64,000 bases of DNA. It comes from Malacoraja senta (taxonomy: Eukaryota). Each line of letters opens with the position of its first letter. Positions within the stretch are counted from its first letter, which is position 1. Below are positions 52,061 to 64,000 of the stretch, piece by piece. The translations under genes and the position numbers were made by a program. Where the stretch lies: the NCBI GenBank assembly GCA_038087875.1, contig CM075999.1, positions 4,466,001-4,530,000 on the forward strand. Reading direction: 5' to 3'. The notes beneath the pieces are model-generated. The model searched no databases. It saw nothing but the letters and a program-made list of their open reading frames with translations, and was not told where the DNA came from.

Positions 52061-54077
52061 CCCCCCCCACACACAAAAAAACAAAGCTGGCCCCATTTGC
52101 CACAAAGTGCTGGAGTAATTCAGGCAGTGTCTCTGGAGAAAAAAGGATGAAGAGCTGGAGGCAAAAAAAGACCAGGACCAATCAGGGCCAGGCACATCTG
52201 ACCTCAGGCAGGCAGGGTGGTGCCCTGGAGGCTCCACTGTTGGCTAAGGAAGGTGTGCTCTCAAGAGCAATACAATGCAGAGAGCTGTGGAACTGGTGAA
52301 ACAACAGGGGGGAGGGGGTGTTTGTTTGTTACTTAAAATGGGAGAATTCAACGCTCATATACAACATGATAAATACGATAAAACTTTATTCATCCCCAGA
52401 GGGAAATTCGTCTGCCGCTGGGTTGTAAGCTACCCAAGCGAAAGGTGCTGTTCCTCCAATTTGTGTGTAGCTTCACTCTGGCAATAGAAAGTCTTCCATT
52501 CCAGGAAACATCCTGTTGAATTTCTAATGCAACAGCAGCCTTCTTGGAGTGCAACTTGACAAAGCAGCCATCTTGAATGGCAACCAATACATTCCCCTCA
52601 GGGTCAATGCCCCTTGGATGTGCTCACCATCACACAACTAGGTGTTCTAGGGCACAAAAGACAGTGAGCACAGGATATCATAATTCACAATTTTCCCTCC
52701 AAGTAATACAACACATATTGTTGTCCTTTCTTTGCCAATAGGTTGAACTGCTGGGACTTGCTGCCAGCAGCATTGCAGTGTTATTGTATAACAGACCACA
52801 TCCACCACTAACCCAGAGGCAATCAGGAACGAGCATTAAATGCCAGCCATGCAGGTAGTGCCTGCAATCCATAGTGAGTAACAAGGAAAATCTTGGCTTC
52901 CAGAGTATTAGTATTCTTCCCAATGCAAATACTTTTACATTTCCCCACTTTGTTTCCTATATCCCTTTGCATAATACCTCAATTAAAACAGGGGGAATCT
53001 TCTCCCTCCTCTCTTACCTCAAGGAATAGCTGGTACTGCAAGTCTATATACACTGTACAATTAAGCTCAACCGATAATCATTGCAAGGGAACAACCATTA
53101 CTCTAACCCTAATCCTTTCACTTGTGAAGGCTACGTTTGAAAAATAATGTACACCAGATAAAATACAAACCATGGCTTCTGTATGAAGTAAATAAAATGA
53201 CTATTCTAGATAATTCTTTACATCCATATATTATACACTTGTGCACAACATTTTAAATCAAGCTTCCACATCTTGGTTTATAAATTGTAAAATACGCTTG
53301 TCAGAGATGAAGAAATTCAACACGAACCACTTGCTGCAACTTGAACACAAAGATGACTTACCGCATTAATTTATTCCTCTTCAGGCAGATGTTTAAAGAT
53401 CAACACTAAGGTTTAAACTGATTTTCCGGTTACCACTTAGTGGTAGAATTTGTTTATCAGGACTTGTTACAAAGAGACAAGGGAACGCAGTTTATAAAAA
53501 CATTACATAACCACTGAGCTACATTATCTTCACTTCAATAACAAAGCATTGACATATCAGTTTTTGAAACAGTTTTGCACAGATTAAGTGTAGGTCATCT
53601 AATAAACCCAATCAGGTAAAAACAGGGGAAAGCACAATTTCAAGTAGTTGTTAATGTATATCAATCCACATCGACTCACAAGAAACTGCAAATGCTGGAA
53701 TCAGTTACTGAGTTTCTCGTACTTTTGCACAATCCATGTGGAGTTGTGCCAAATCAGATACATTTCAAGGATATGAGACATGTTAACAAAAAGGAACCAG
53801 CATATTTATATTTTAAATATCATGTGAAATACTTATTTGAAGCAAAGGGGAGAAAACATTTTTCTCCGTCATGAAATATTTCTGACAGTATTGGTCACGT
53901 CATGCATAACATGTGCCCTTCACTTTTATCCCATCAATCAACCGCATGCCTAGGTTGGCAGAGCGAGGGGGATAATTCAGCTAGAGTAGGAACCTTGGCT
54001 TAACTTGTCCATGACAACCATGACACTGAGCTAGTCCCACTTGCCTGCACTAGGCCCATATCCCTTCAAAACTTTTT

Positions 54078-54690
54078 GGGTGACGTTTCGGGTCGAGACC
54101 CTTCTTTTCCCTTAGTCAGGGAAAGTGAAACGAGTGATTATACACATTGTCTGGAGAGAGATATAGATCAAATGAATGCAAGATATGCAAAAAAGTAACG
54201 ACGATAAAGGAAACAGGCCATTGTTAGTTGTTTGCTCGGTGAGAACGAAAACCGAGAACCTGCTGCAACTTGGCTGGGGGAGGGATGGACAGGGAAGGAA
54301 TGCAAGGGTTACTTGAAGTTAGCAAAATCAATATTCATACCATTGGGTTGTAAATTGCCCAAGCAAAATACGAGATGATGCTCCTCCAAATTTGTGATTA
54401 GCCCCACTCTGGCAATGGAGGAGGCTAGGACAGAAAGGTCACTGTGGGAAGGAGAATTAAAATGTTTGGTAACCGGGAGATCAGGTAGGACTGAGCGAAG
54501 GTGTTCAGCGAGACGATCGCCTGGCCTATGTTTGGTCTCGCCGATGTATAAGAGTCCACATCTTGAACAACGGTACAGTAGATGAGGTTGAAGGAGGTGC
54601 AAGTGAACCTCTGCCTCACCTGAAAGGACTGTCGGGGTCCCTGGACAGATTCGAGGGAGGTTTAGGGACCTTCTATCTAACCAATCACGT
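54078..54690 (-). mobile_element. Penelope-like 3' fragment
   Basis: RCSRCGLLYIGETKHRPGDRLAEHL...EEHHLVFCLGNLQPNGMNIDF. Confidence 0.85.
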
Positions 54691-55228
54691 GCCAGAAGAC
54701 GGAGAGAAATGGTGATGGGGTGTTTTTTGACTGGAGTTCTTTGACTAGTTGTCTTTAACAAGGATCAGCACAAGGACCTGTTTTGTTTGCAATTTGCATG
54801 ATGGCAGGTGGCTTGGTTAGTAAATTTGCAGACAATATGAAAATTGGTGGTAGGTTGTCAAAAGAAACAGCAGGATTGAGATCATTTAGAAATTTGGGTG
54901 GAGTAATGGCAAATAGAGAAGTGTCAAGTGATGGATTTTGGAGGTCAAATGCAAGAGGAACGTATGCAGTAAATGGCAGGACCCTTATGTACAAAGACAT
55001 CTGGGGTTGCAAGTTCACAGCTCCCCGAGAGGCATTAAGAGGATTAGAGTGATACAGACCATGTGGTGCCAGAAGGGATTAATCGGAATTGCATGCACTG
55101 TATTGTTCTCACTACATACGCTAATATGCCCACCTTTTAAGTTGGCAATATCCTTGTTTTAACTGAGAAAACTAAACAGGCTAAATTTAATCAAAAAAAC
55201 AATACAAAATAGGAGAATTTTGGCTCAC

Positions 55229-55837
55229 CCAGTGCTTTGGCTTTCTTTTTCTCTGGAGGTTTTTTCTGATCCTTGTTGATGGGAACATCTCCATTCTCTT
55301 TCACATCAGCCACGGCCTTCACCACTTTCTCAGTTTCTTCATTCATCTCCTCACATTCTATTTCTCGCACACCATTTCTCACAGACTCATTGTTGGCACA
55401 CTTTTCTAGTTCTTCCAACTCAGGAGATTCTCAGGCTGCACAGAAGAACCGTGCTCATCCAGAGTGCAGCAATACGTGTTCAGAATGTCTTCAAGCTGTC
55501 TGCTAAGCTCATCCGAGACATCAGATGTTGACGTCTCAGGCTGGACACTATTCAAGTTGTTGGGAGTTGAAGTTTCTTGAACAACTAATGATGCCTCACT
55601 GCTGTTTCCGGTTTGTGTTTGTTTCAGAACATCTTCATTGGGTTTTATATTATCATGGTTTTGAACAACCCCATTCTGACCACCAGACTTTTCAATTGTT
55701 TGGCAAATAGTTTCAAGTCCTGCAGATTCAAGAACGCTCAGCTTGTCCTCTGCCCCCTCCGCTGCTGTGACACGAACGAGTGCCTCAAGACCACCAGCAG
55801 ATGGGCTGAGCTTACTTTCAGAGTCTTGATTTTTCAT
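55229..55837 (-). CDS. TXLNA: Alpha-taxilin coding exon 1 (exon starts ~55850; apparent 1-nt deletion near 55430)
   Basis: Acceptor ttttgtgcag at 55851, then AACCATG. Starts MKNQD like human TXLNA. Contains DVSDELSRQLEDILNTYC and, after a frame change, KPPEKKKAKALG, ending in G|gtgag. Confidence 0.9.
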
Positions 55838-58217
55838 GGTTTATCTTTTACTGCACAAAAACAAGTGTTATTTTTACAGATTTTAATTAGTTTAATTGGT
55901 TACAATAATAATCTGCTGAATTCCAATACACTAGTTAGCTTGAAGGTAGACACAAAATGATGGAGTAACTCAGCGGATCAGACAATATCTCTGGAAAAAA
56001 ATAATAAGTGACATTTCAGGGGTCTCGACCCGAAACGTCACCTATTACTTTTCTCTAGAGATGCTGTCTGACCCGCTGAGTTACTCCATCTTTTTGTGAC
56101 TACCTTCGGTTGAAACAAGCATCTGCCATTCCTTCCTACACTAGTTAGCTCATTAACCCAAGAGTTTAGAAACACTGTTTCTAAATTAATAATTTGGTTA
56201 ATCTTTCAATTAATTCCTAAATTGCCCCATATTCATTGCAGATTGTTTTTCAATGTTGGATTTGGGCATTTTCCAAATGTTAGGTTCGCTGCTGTAAAAT
56301 GTCTTGCTTCCTGGTATTATAATTGCTTATTTCTAATCCTCAGGGCAGCTTCAGAATCCAAGGAATTTTGGAAGATTCTGTTGCCTGTTCCTTTAAGACC
56401 ATAGGATGCAGGCCATCAGGACCAAAAACCTGTACTGGAACGCTATTAGTGTCCCAAGTACTTTTTACCAGATCAATCCAAAATAATTATTTAGAATTCC
56501 ATATTATTCACTAAATCCCATTCTTACTATTCCTTTCCATTTTATAACAGATCTAATGTTAGTTTGTATATTATGTGCTAGTTCACGCATATTCTTTATT
56601 CCTTTATAGTCATATTCCTATTTTCTAAAATTTAATTCCAATCCTCTGGCTTGCACGACTGCAATATTGTCTGTCTTTTCCTGATCTCTTTGTTAGCCAG
56701 GAAACATGCACCCTTCTCGTTGAGCCTTACCTTATCAGAATATGAAATTTAGAAAATATCTCTGTAAATGTTTCCCACTGATAATCTACTGTCTAAATCC
56801 TTCATTTATTTTTGCCAGGCAATTTTATAATTGCCCTCTCTTTAAATTCATTACTCTACCTTCAAACACAGTGGGCCTGTCCTCAAGCTTTCTCCAGAGG
56901 ATCCTTTGTAATGACATAATTAACCCCGGTATTGTGCAATGCAAGATCTAAATCAGCCTGGTTTGAGTTTAATGAATTACTCCAAGAAGCCCTTTCAAAT
57001 ATTCTTCATGAACTCGTCCTCAGGATTTCCCTTTCCAATTTAACATGCCTAGCCTATATCACGATCAAGATCACATGACTATTGCAGTACATTTCCCGTA
57101 AACGTTGCTATTCCTTGATTTATACCGTATCTTACAGTATACCAACTGTTGATGGCCTACATACTATACAGTGTCCGTTTGTGTCATCAACTCATCTATA
57201 TTATTGCAAATGTTATGTTCATTCAGATAAAGAACCTTAATTTGATCTCATCGTTTTCTATGATTCTATTTGGCATTTTTTTTAACGTATACACAATTTC
57301 CACCTTTCAGCAGATTGGTTATTCTTCCCCTTCTTGCCTTGCCCTATTCCAAATACTCTTTATCTAAACCCTTATCTTCTACTTAGCTTCTGATTTAACC
57401 CTCAAGGTCCCATTCTCCTACTGTTAGATTAAACCCTCCCCAATGGCATGTGCAACTCCATCCTTCACCCAGCAAGGGTCTCATTCCTTCTGAGGTATGA
57501 CCCATTATACTGTCTCCAAAAACAGTTCCAATTCTTCAGGAATCAAAACTCTTGCATGATCCAATGCCCTGGCACCATCACCAGCCGCACATTCACACCT
57601 TATACTTGTATTCACGAATATATGGCACTAGTAAACCTATCTCTAACGTTTGACAGCCGACCACTACCTTCTTTGATCCCAATCACCAGCAGGACGGCTT
57701 CTATCTACATCCTTGGAACAGATATGAACTGTGATTATGAGACTTCATTGAACTGAGAATTAAGAAGACCTTCTATAAAATAAATATAAAGGTACTATTT
57801 TCCCAGTATAGGTCAGAAAGATAAGTTTATGTGAATGGTACAAGGATTAAAGAGAAAAGAGGGTAGGGACACTGAGCTTGATGGCAGAATGGGCAGCGAC
57901 ATCACATGTGAACAGCAAGTGTACTCGAAGGGCCATGGCCGTCAGGTCCCAGAGATAGAAGGTGAGATCGAGGCACTCTCATCTCCTGCAGCCACGACCG
58001 GACAAATTCTCTTTTGCTGTGATTTTTCTACCAACCCATACACAACCAATGCAAACGAAGCTCGAGATCCAATGGCAACAGGTGGGGATTTAAGTACGTT
58101 GTGTTTTTTAGAAACAAAGAACTGCAGATGCTGGATAATACACAAAAGAACACAGAGTGCTGGAGTTGGTGAGGCAGCATCTCTGGAGAACATGGATGTA
58201 ACCAATTTGTTAGGTGA

Positions 58218-59905
58218 CGTCTTCACTAAGGAGGACACAAACAATCTTCCTGATATAGTAGTGGCCAGAGGATCTGGGGTGACGGAGGAACTGAAAGAAA
58301 TCCACATTAGGCAGGAAATGGTGTTGGATAGACTGATGGGACTGAAGGCTGATAAATCCCAGGGCCTGATGGTCTGCATCCCAGGGTACTTAAGGAAGTG
58401 GCTCTAGAAATTGTGGACGCATTGGTGATAATTTTCCAATGTTCAATAGACTCAGGATCAGTTCCTGTGGATTGGAGGGTAGCTAATGTTATCCCACTTT
58501 TTAAGAAAGGCGGGAGAAAGAAAACAGGGAATTATAGACCAGTTAGCATGACATCGGTGGAGGGGAAGATGCTGGAGTCATTTATAAAAGATGAGATACC
58601 CGAACATTTGGATAGCAGTAACAGGATCGGTCCGAGTCAGCATGGATTTACGAAGGGGAAATCATGCTTGACTAATCTCCTGGAATTTTTTGAAGATGTA
58701 ACTAGAAAAATGGACAAGGGAGAGCCAGTGGATGTAGTGTACCTGGACTTTCAGAAAGCATTTGATAAGGTTCCACATAGGAGATTAGTGGGCAAAATTA
58801 GGGCACATGGTATTGGCGGTAGAGTGCTGACATGGATAGAGAAGTGGTTGGCACACAGGAAACAAAGAGTAGGGATTAACGGGTCCCTTTCAGAATGGCA
58901 GGCAGTGACTAGTGGGGTACCGCAAGGCTCGGTGCTGGGACCGCAGCTATTTACAATATACATCAATGATTTGGATGAAGGGATTCAAAGTAACATTAGC
59001 AAATTTGCAGATGACAAAGCTGGGTGGCAGTGTGAGCTGTGAGGAGGATGCTAAGAGAATGCAGGGTGACTTGGACAGGTTGGGGGAGTGGGCAGATGCA
59101 TGGCAGATGACATTTAATGCGGATAAATGTGAGGTTATCCACTTTGGTAGCAAAAACAGGAAGGCAGATTACTATCTAAATGGCGTCAAGTTGGGAAAAG
59201 GGGAAGTACAACGGGATCTGGGGGTCCTTGTACATCAGTCTATGAAAGTAAGCATGCAGGTACAGCAGGTAGTGAAGAAAGCAAATGGCATGTTGGCCTT
59301 TATAACAAGAGGAATCGAATATAGGAGCAAAGAGGTCATTCTGCAGTTGTACAGAGCCCTAGTGAGACCACACCTGGAGTATTGTGTGCAGTTTTGGTCC
59401 TCTAATTTGAGGAAGGGCATTCTTGCTATAGACGGAGTGCAGCGTAGGTTTACAAGGTTAATTCCCGGGATGGCGGGACTGTCATATGCTGAGAGAATGG
59501 AGCGGCTGGGCTTGTACACTCTGGAGTTTAGAAGGATGAGAGGGCATCTCATTGAAACATATAAGATTGTTAAGGGTTTGGACACGCTAGAGGCAGGAAA
59601 CATGTTCCCGATGTTGGGGGAACCAGGGGCCACAGTTTTAAGAAAAAGGAGTAAGCCATTTAGAAAGGAGATGAGGAAACACTTTTTCTCACAGTGGTGA
59701 GTCTGTGGAATTCTCTGTCTCAGAGGGCGGTGGAGGCAGGTTCTCTGGATGCTTTCAAGAGAGAGCTAGATAGGGCTCTTAAAGATATCGGAGTTAGGGG
59801 ATATGGGGAGAAGGCAGGAACGGGTACTGATTGGGGATGATCAGCCATGGTCACATTGAATGGCGGTGCTGGCTCGAAGGGCCGAATGGCCTACACCTAT
59901 TCTCT
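58218..59905 (+). mobile_element. CR1 LINE, 5'-truncated
   Basis: RT ORFs 58398-59042 and 58912-59700 with frameshifts. Confidence 0.95.
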
Positions 59906-60239
59906 GTTTTCTCGGGTCTTCTTCAGACCGTCTTGTGCTGTTACTGTTGGGAATATTTACACAACTTTACCGATAAGATGAAGATGGTTGGAGACAAGAA
60001 GGAACGAGAGGGAACGGAAGCCGAGAAACCCGCGGTCGTGTGATGTTCCTGAAAGGCACAAATAGAGTCAGTCACCCAGCGCCGAACAGCAGCCCAACCG
60101 GTGCCCGCTCCCAGTGACCGGGTAAAGGCGGCGGCGGCTGCCCCGAGCCCCACCCGGTTCCCCCGTCGTCTCCCGACACCTACGAGCGGCCCCGCTCCGA
60201 TCCCCCATTCCCGGCCTGTCCCCCCACGTTCCCGGTCCC

Positions 60240-61321
60240 CGCGTGTCCCCCCCACCCCACAAGTTCCCCGTTCGTCCCCACCCCCCGGTTCCCGGTTCCC
60301 CCGTGTGTCCCCACCCCCCACCCCCCGTGTGTCCCCACCCCCCGTGTGTCCCCACCCCCCCGGTTCCCCGTGTGTCCCCACCCCCCCGTGTGTCCCCACC
60401 CCCCCCGTGTGTCCCCACCCCCACCCCCCCGTGTGTCCCCACCCCCACCCCCCCGGTTCCCCCGTGTGTCCCCACCCCACCCCCCCGTGTGTCCCCACCC
60501 CCACGGTTCCCCCGTGTGTCCCCACCCCACCCCCCCGTGTGTCCCCCACCCCCCCGGTGTCCCCCACCCCCATCCCCCGGGTGTCCCCACCCCCCGTGTG
60601 TCCCCACCCCCCCGGTTCCCCCGTGTGTCCCCCACGTGTGTCCCCACCCCCCCGTGTGTCCCCACCCCCCCGTGTGTCCCCACCCCCCGTGTGTCCCCAC
60701 CCCCCCGTGTGTCCCCACCCCCCGTGTGTCCCCCACCCCCACCCCCCCGTGTGTCCCCACCCCCCCGTGTGTCCCCACCCCCCGTGTGTCCCCACCCCCC
60801 GTGTGTCCCCCACCCCCACCCCCCCGTGTGTCCCCACCCCCCGTGTGTCCCCACCCCCCGTGTGTCCCCACCCCCCGTGTGTCCCCACCCCCCGTGTGTC
60901 CCCACCCCCCCGTGTGTCCCCACCCCACCCCCCGTGTGTCCCCACCCCCCGTGTGTCCCCACCCCCCCGGTTCCCGGTCCCCCGTGTGTCCCCACCCCCC
61001 CGTGTGTCCCCACCCCCCCGTGTGTCCCCACCCCCCCGTGTGTCCCCACCCCCCCGGTTCCCGGTCCCCCCGTGTGTCCCCACCCCCACCCCCCGGTTCC
61101 CCCGTGTGTCCCCACCCCCACCCCCCGTGTGTCCCCACCCCCCCGTGTGTCCCCCACCCCCACCCCCGTGTGTCCCCACCCCCCGTGTGTCCCCCACCCC
61201 CACCCCCCGTGTGTCCCCACCCCCCCGTGTGTCCCCACCCCCCGTGTGTCCCCACCCCCCCGTGTGTCCCCACCCCCCGTGTGTCCCCACCCCCCGTGTG
61301 TCCCCACCCCCCGTGTGTCCC
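60240..61321. repeat. GC-rich minisatellite, 17-18 bp unit CCCCC(C)GTGTGTCCCCAC with variants
   Basis: Roughly 55-60 tandem units running into the N gap. Confidence 0.97.
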
Positions 61322-61521
61322 NNNNNNNNNNNNNNNNNNNNNNNNNNNNNNNNNNNNNNNNNNNNNNNNNNNNNNNNNNNNNNNNNNNNNNNNNNNNNNN
61401 NNNNNNNNNNNNNNNNNNNNNNNNNNNNNNNNNNNNNNNNNNNNNNNNNNNNNNNNNNNNNNNNNNNNNNNNNNNNNNNNNNNNNNNNNNNNNNNNNNNN
61501 NNNNNNNNNNNNNNNNNNNNN
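61322..61521. other. Assembly gap (200 N)
   Basis: Run of N. Confidence 1.
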
Positions 61522-61625
61522 GACGTCACGGCGCAGGCTCCTGACGTCGACCAATCCGACGGCGCGATGCTGCTTCACAATCGCACCCGGGCAACGGGCA
61601 CTTCCGCCCGGACTCGACCCCTGAC
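61522..61625 (-). promoter_or_regulatory. Probable TXLNA CpG-island promoter
   Basis: CpG-dense. CRE-like GACGTCA (61522) and TGACGTC (61542), CCAAT (61551), ETS/GABP CACTTCCG (61599) and GC box CCGCCC (61604). Lies upstream of TXLNA. Confidence 0.65.
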
Positions 61626-61630
61626 CCCCG

Positions 61631-63010
61631 GCAGGAGGAGGCCATTCGGCCCTTCGAGCCAGCACCGCCATTCAATGTGATCATGGCTGATCATCCACAA
61701 TCAGTACCCCGTTCCTGCCTTCTCCCCATATCCCTTGATTCCGTTAGCCCTAAGAGCTAAATCTAACTCTCTCTTGAAAACATCCAGTGAATTGTCCTCC
61801 ACTGGCCTTCTGAGGCAGGGAATTCCACAGATTCACAACTCTCTGGGTGAAAAAGTTTTTCCTCATCTCAGTCCTAAATGGCCGACCCCTTCTCCCAACA
61901 TTGGGAACATTTTTCCTGCATCAAGCCTGTCCAATTCCTTAAGAATTGTATATGTTTCTATAAGATACCCTCTCATCCTTCTAAATTTCAGTCAATATAA
62001 GCCCAGTCGACCCATTCTTTCTTCATTTGACAGTCCCGCCATCCCGGGAATTAAGGGGAACGCTGCACTGCCTGGATCTGGATCTGGCTGTAGGACGCTG
62101 AAAAGCTCTAGTTGGAACATCACTCAGCACTGGACAATTTTATACTGGGCAATTTTTACATTTATCAAGCCAATTAATCAACCAATTAACCTACAAACCT
62201 GTACATCTTTGGAGTGTGGGAGGAAACCAAAGATTTCGGAGAAAACCTACGCAGATCATGGGGAGAACGTAACAAATTACATACAGACAGCACCCATAGT
62301 TGGGATCGAACCCGGGTCTCTGGCGCTGCATTTTGCTGTATACTCCCACACTCTATACCGCTGCGCCACCGTGACTGCCTCAATAGCAATATTGCCCTTC
62401 CTCAAATTAGGAGACAATATTCCAGGTGTGGTCTCACCAGGGCCCTGTACAACTGCAGTAGGACCTTCTCAAATCCTCTCGCAATGAAGGCCAACATGCC
62501 ATTAGCTTTCTTCACTGCCTGCTGTACCTGCATGCTTACTTTCAGTGACTGATGAATAAGTACACCCAGGTCTTGTTGCACAACGCCTTTTCCTAATATG
62601 ACACAATTCAGATAATAATTCTTGTTCTTGCCACCAAAGTGGATAACCTCACATTTATCCAGATTATACTGCATCTGCCATGCATCTGCCCACTCACCCA
62701 ACCTATACAAGTCACCCTGCAGCCTCATAGCATCCTCCTTCGCAGTTCACACTGCCACACACTGCCACACCCACTTTGTGTCATCTGTAAACTTGTAGAT
62801 GTCACATTTAATTCCTTTGTCTAAATTGTTAATATATATTGTAAATAACTGGGGTACAAACACTGAGCCTTGCGGCACCCCACTAGTCACTGCCTGCCAT
62901 TCTGAAAAGGACACGTTAATTCCTATTTTTTGCTTTATGTCTGCCAACCAGCTCTCTATCCATGTCAATATCCTACCCCCAATACCACGTGCTCTAATTT
63001 TGCACATTGA
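61631..63010 (-). mobile_element. CR1 LINE with internal SINE insertion
   Basis: ORFs 62402-62728 and 62747-63019; CR1 3' end at 61631. Confidence 0.88.
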
Positions 63011-63489
63011 TCTCTTCACGGTGAGAATGGCCGGACTGGTAGCTCAATGTTCCAGGGTTAGATGCCACAGGCTGGTATGAGAAGAGGAGGGGTAGCCTCT
63101 TTGTTCAGCGACAAGTACAGTGGTCAGAAAATACATTCTTGTGGGATCGTCCAGTGAAACTGGAATGGAATGACCACTTTGATGGGTTAGATTATAGGTC
63201 TCCCAATATCCATCAGGTATTAGAAGGGCAGGTGTGCAGGGAGATTGCAAATAGTTGTAAGAATATTAAGAGTAGTATTAGTGGGAGATTAAAATTTCCC
63301 TAATATTCACTGGTCTCCCTTAGGGTAAACGCATGGACAAGATGTAATTTGTTAAATGTGAAGATAGACACAATTAACTGGAGTAACTCAGTGGGACAGG
63401 CAGCATCTCTGAAGAACAGGAATGGGTGATGTTTTGGGTCGAGACCCTTCTTCACACTGAAGGATCTTCAGTCTCCGGACTTTTTCCTG

Positions 63490-64000
63490 TCCAACTTGTC
63501 CACACTGGCAAACATATCCCTGCAACACTAGTCCCACCCACCTGCAATCCCTATAAACCCGTCCTATCTATGTACCTGTTTAATTGTTTCTTAACATTAC
63601 GATAGTCCCTACCTCAACTACCTCCTCTGGCAGCTTGTTCCATACATCCACCATCCTTTCTGTGAAAAGTTACCCCTCAGATTCCTATTAAATCTTTTCC
63701 CTTAAACCTATGTTCTCTGGTCCGTGATTCCCCTACTCTGGGCAGAGACTCTGTGCATCTATCCGATCTATTCCTCTCATGATTTGATACACCTCTATAA
63801 GATCACCTGTCATCCTCCTGCGCTCCAAGGGATAGAGTCCCAGCCTACTCAACCTTTCCCTATAGCTCTGCTCCTCTAGTCCTGGCAACATCCTCGTAAG
63901 TCTTCTCTGAACCCTTTCCAGCTTGACAACATCTTTCCTATAACATGGTGCCCAGAATTGAACACAATATTCTAAATGCGGCCTCACCAACGTCTTATAC
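63490..64000 (-). mobile_element. CR1 3' fragment (runs off window)
   Basis: VRPHLEYCVQFWAPCYRKDVVKLERVQRR. Confidence 0.9.

Noticed and set aside
59941..61680. 400-576 aa Pro/Gly-rich ORFs in all frames
   Set aside because: Artefacts of the GC minisatellite and the N gap.

Overview
Vertebrate genomic DNA, most likely a skate or ray, judging from HE1/V-SINE-type SINEs and the CR1/Penelope repeat set. Two spliced genes lie on the minus strand in the human 1p35 order. TXLNA (alpha-taxilin) has 9 coding exons at 55837..24478, and its CpG promoter sits next to a G-rich minisatellite and a 200-N gap. CCDC28B has coding exons at 17371..747; its final exons were not found in the window. Each gene has one single-base frameshift, probably an assembly error. 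The rest is mostly transposons: CR1, Rex1-like, L2, RTE-X-like, Penelope-like, an IR/DR Tc1, a DIRS element with intact termini, a non-autonomous Helitron and several MITEs. The most striking observation is a ~135-140 bp SINE-like element (2 copies, each with a 10-bp TSD). Its 5' end is a 54-nt minimal HDV/CPEB3-like self-cleaving ribozyme fold, and its 3' end is a stem-loop plus (GAA)n tail. Penelope terminal repeats also carry minimal hammerhead ribozyme motifs. All calls were read by eye and no database search was run; TE boundaries not anchored by TSDs or TIRs are approximate.
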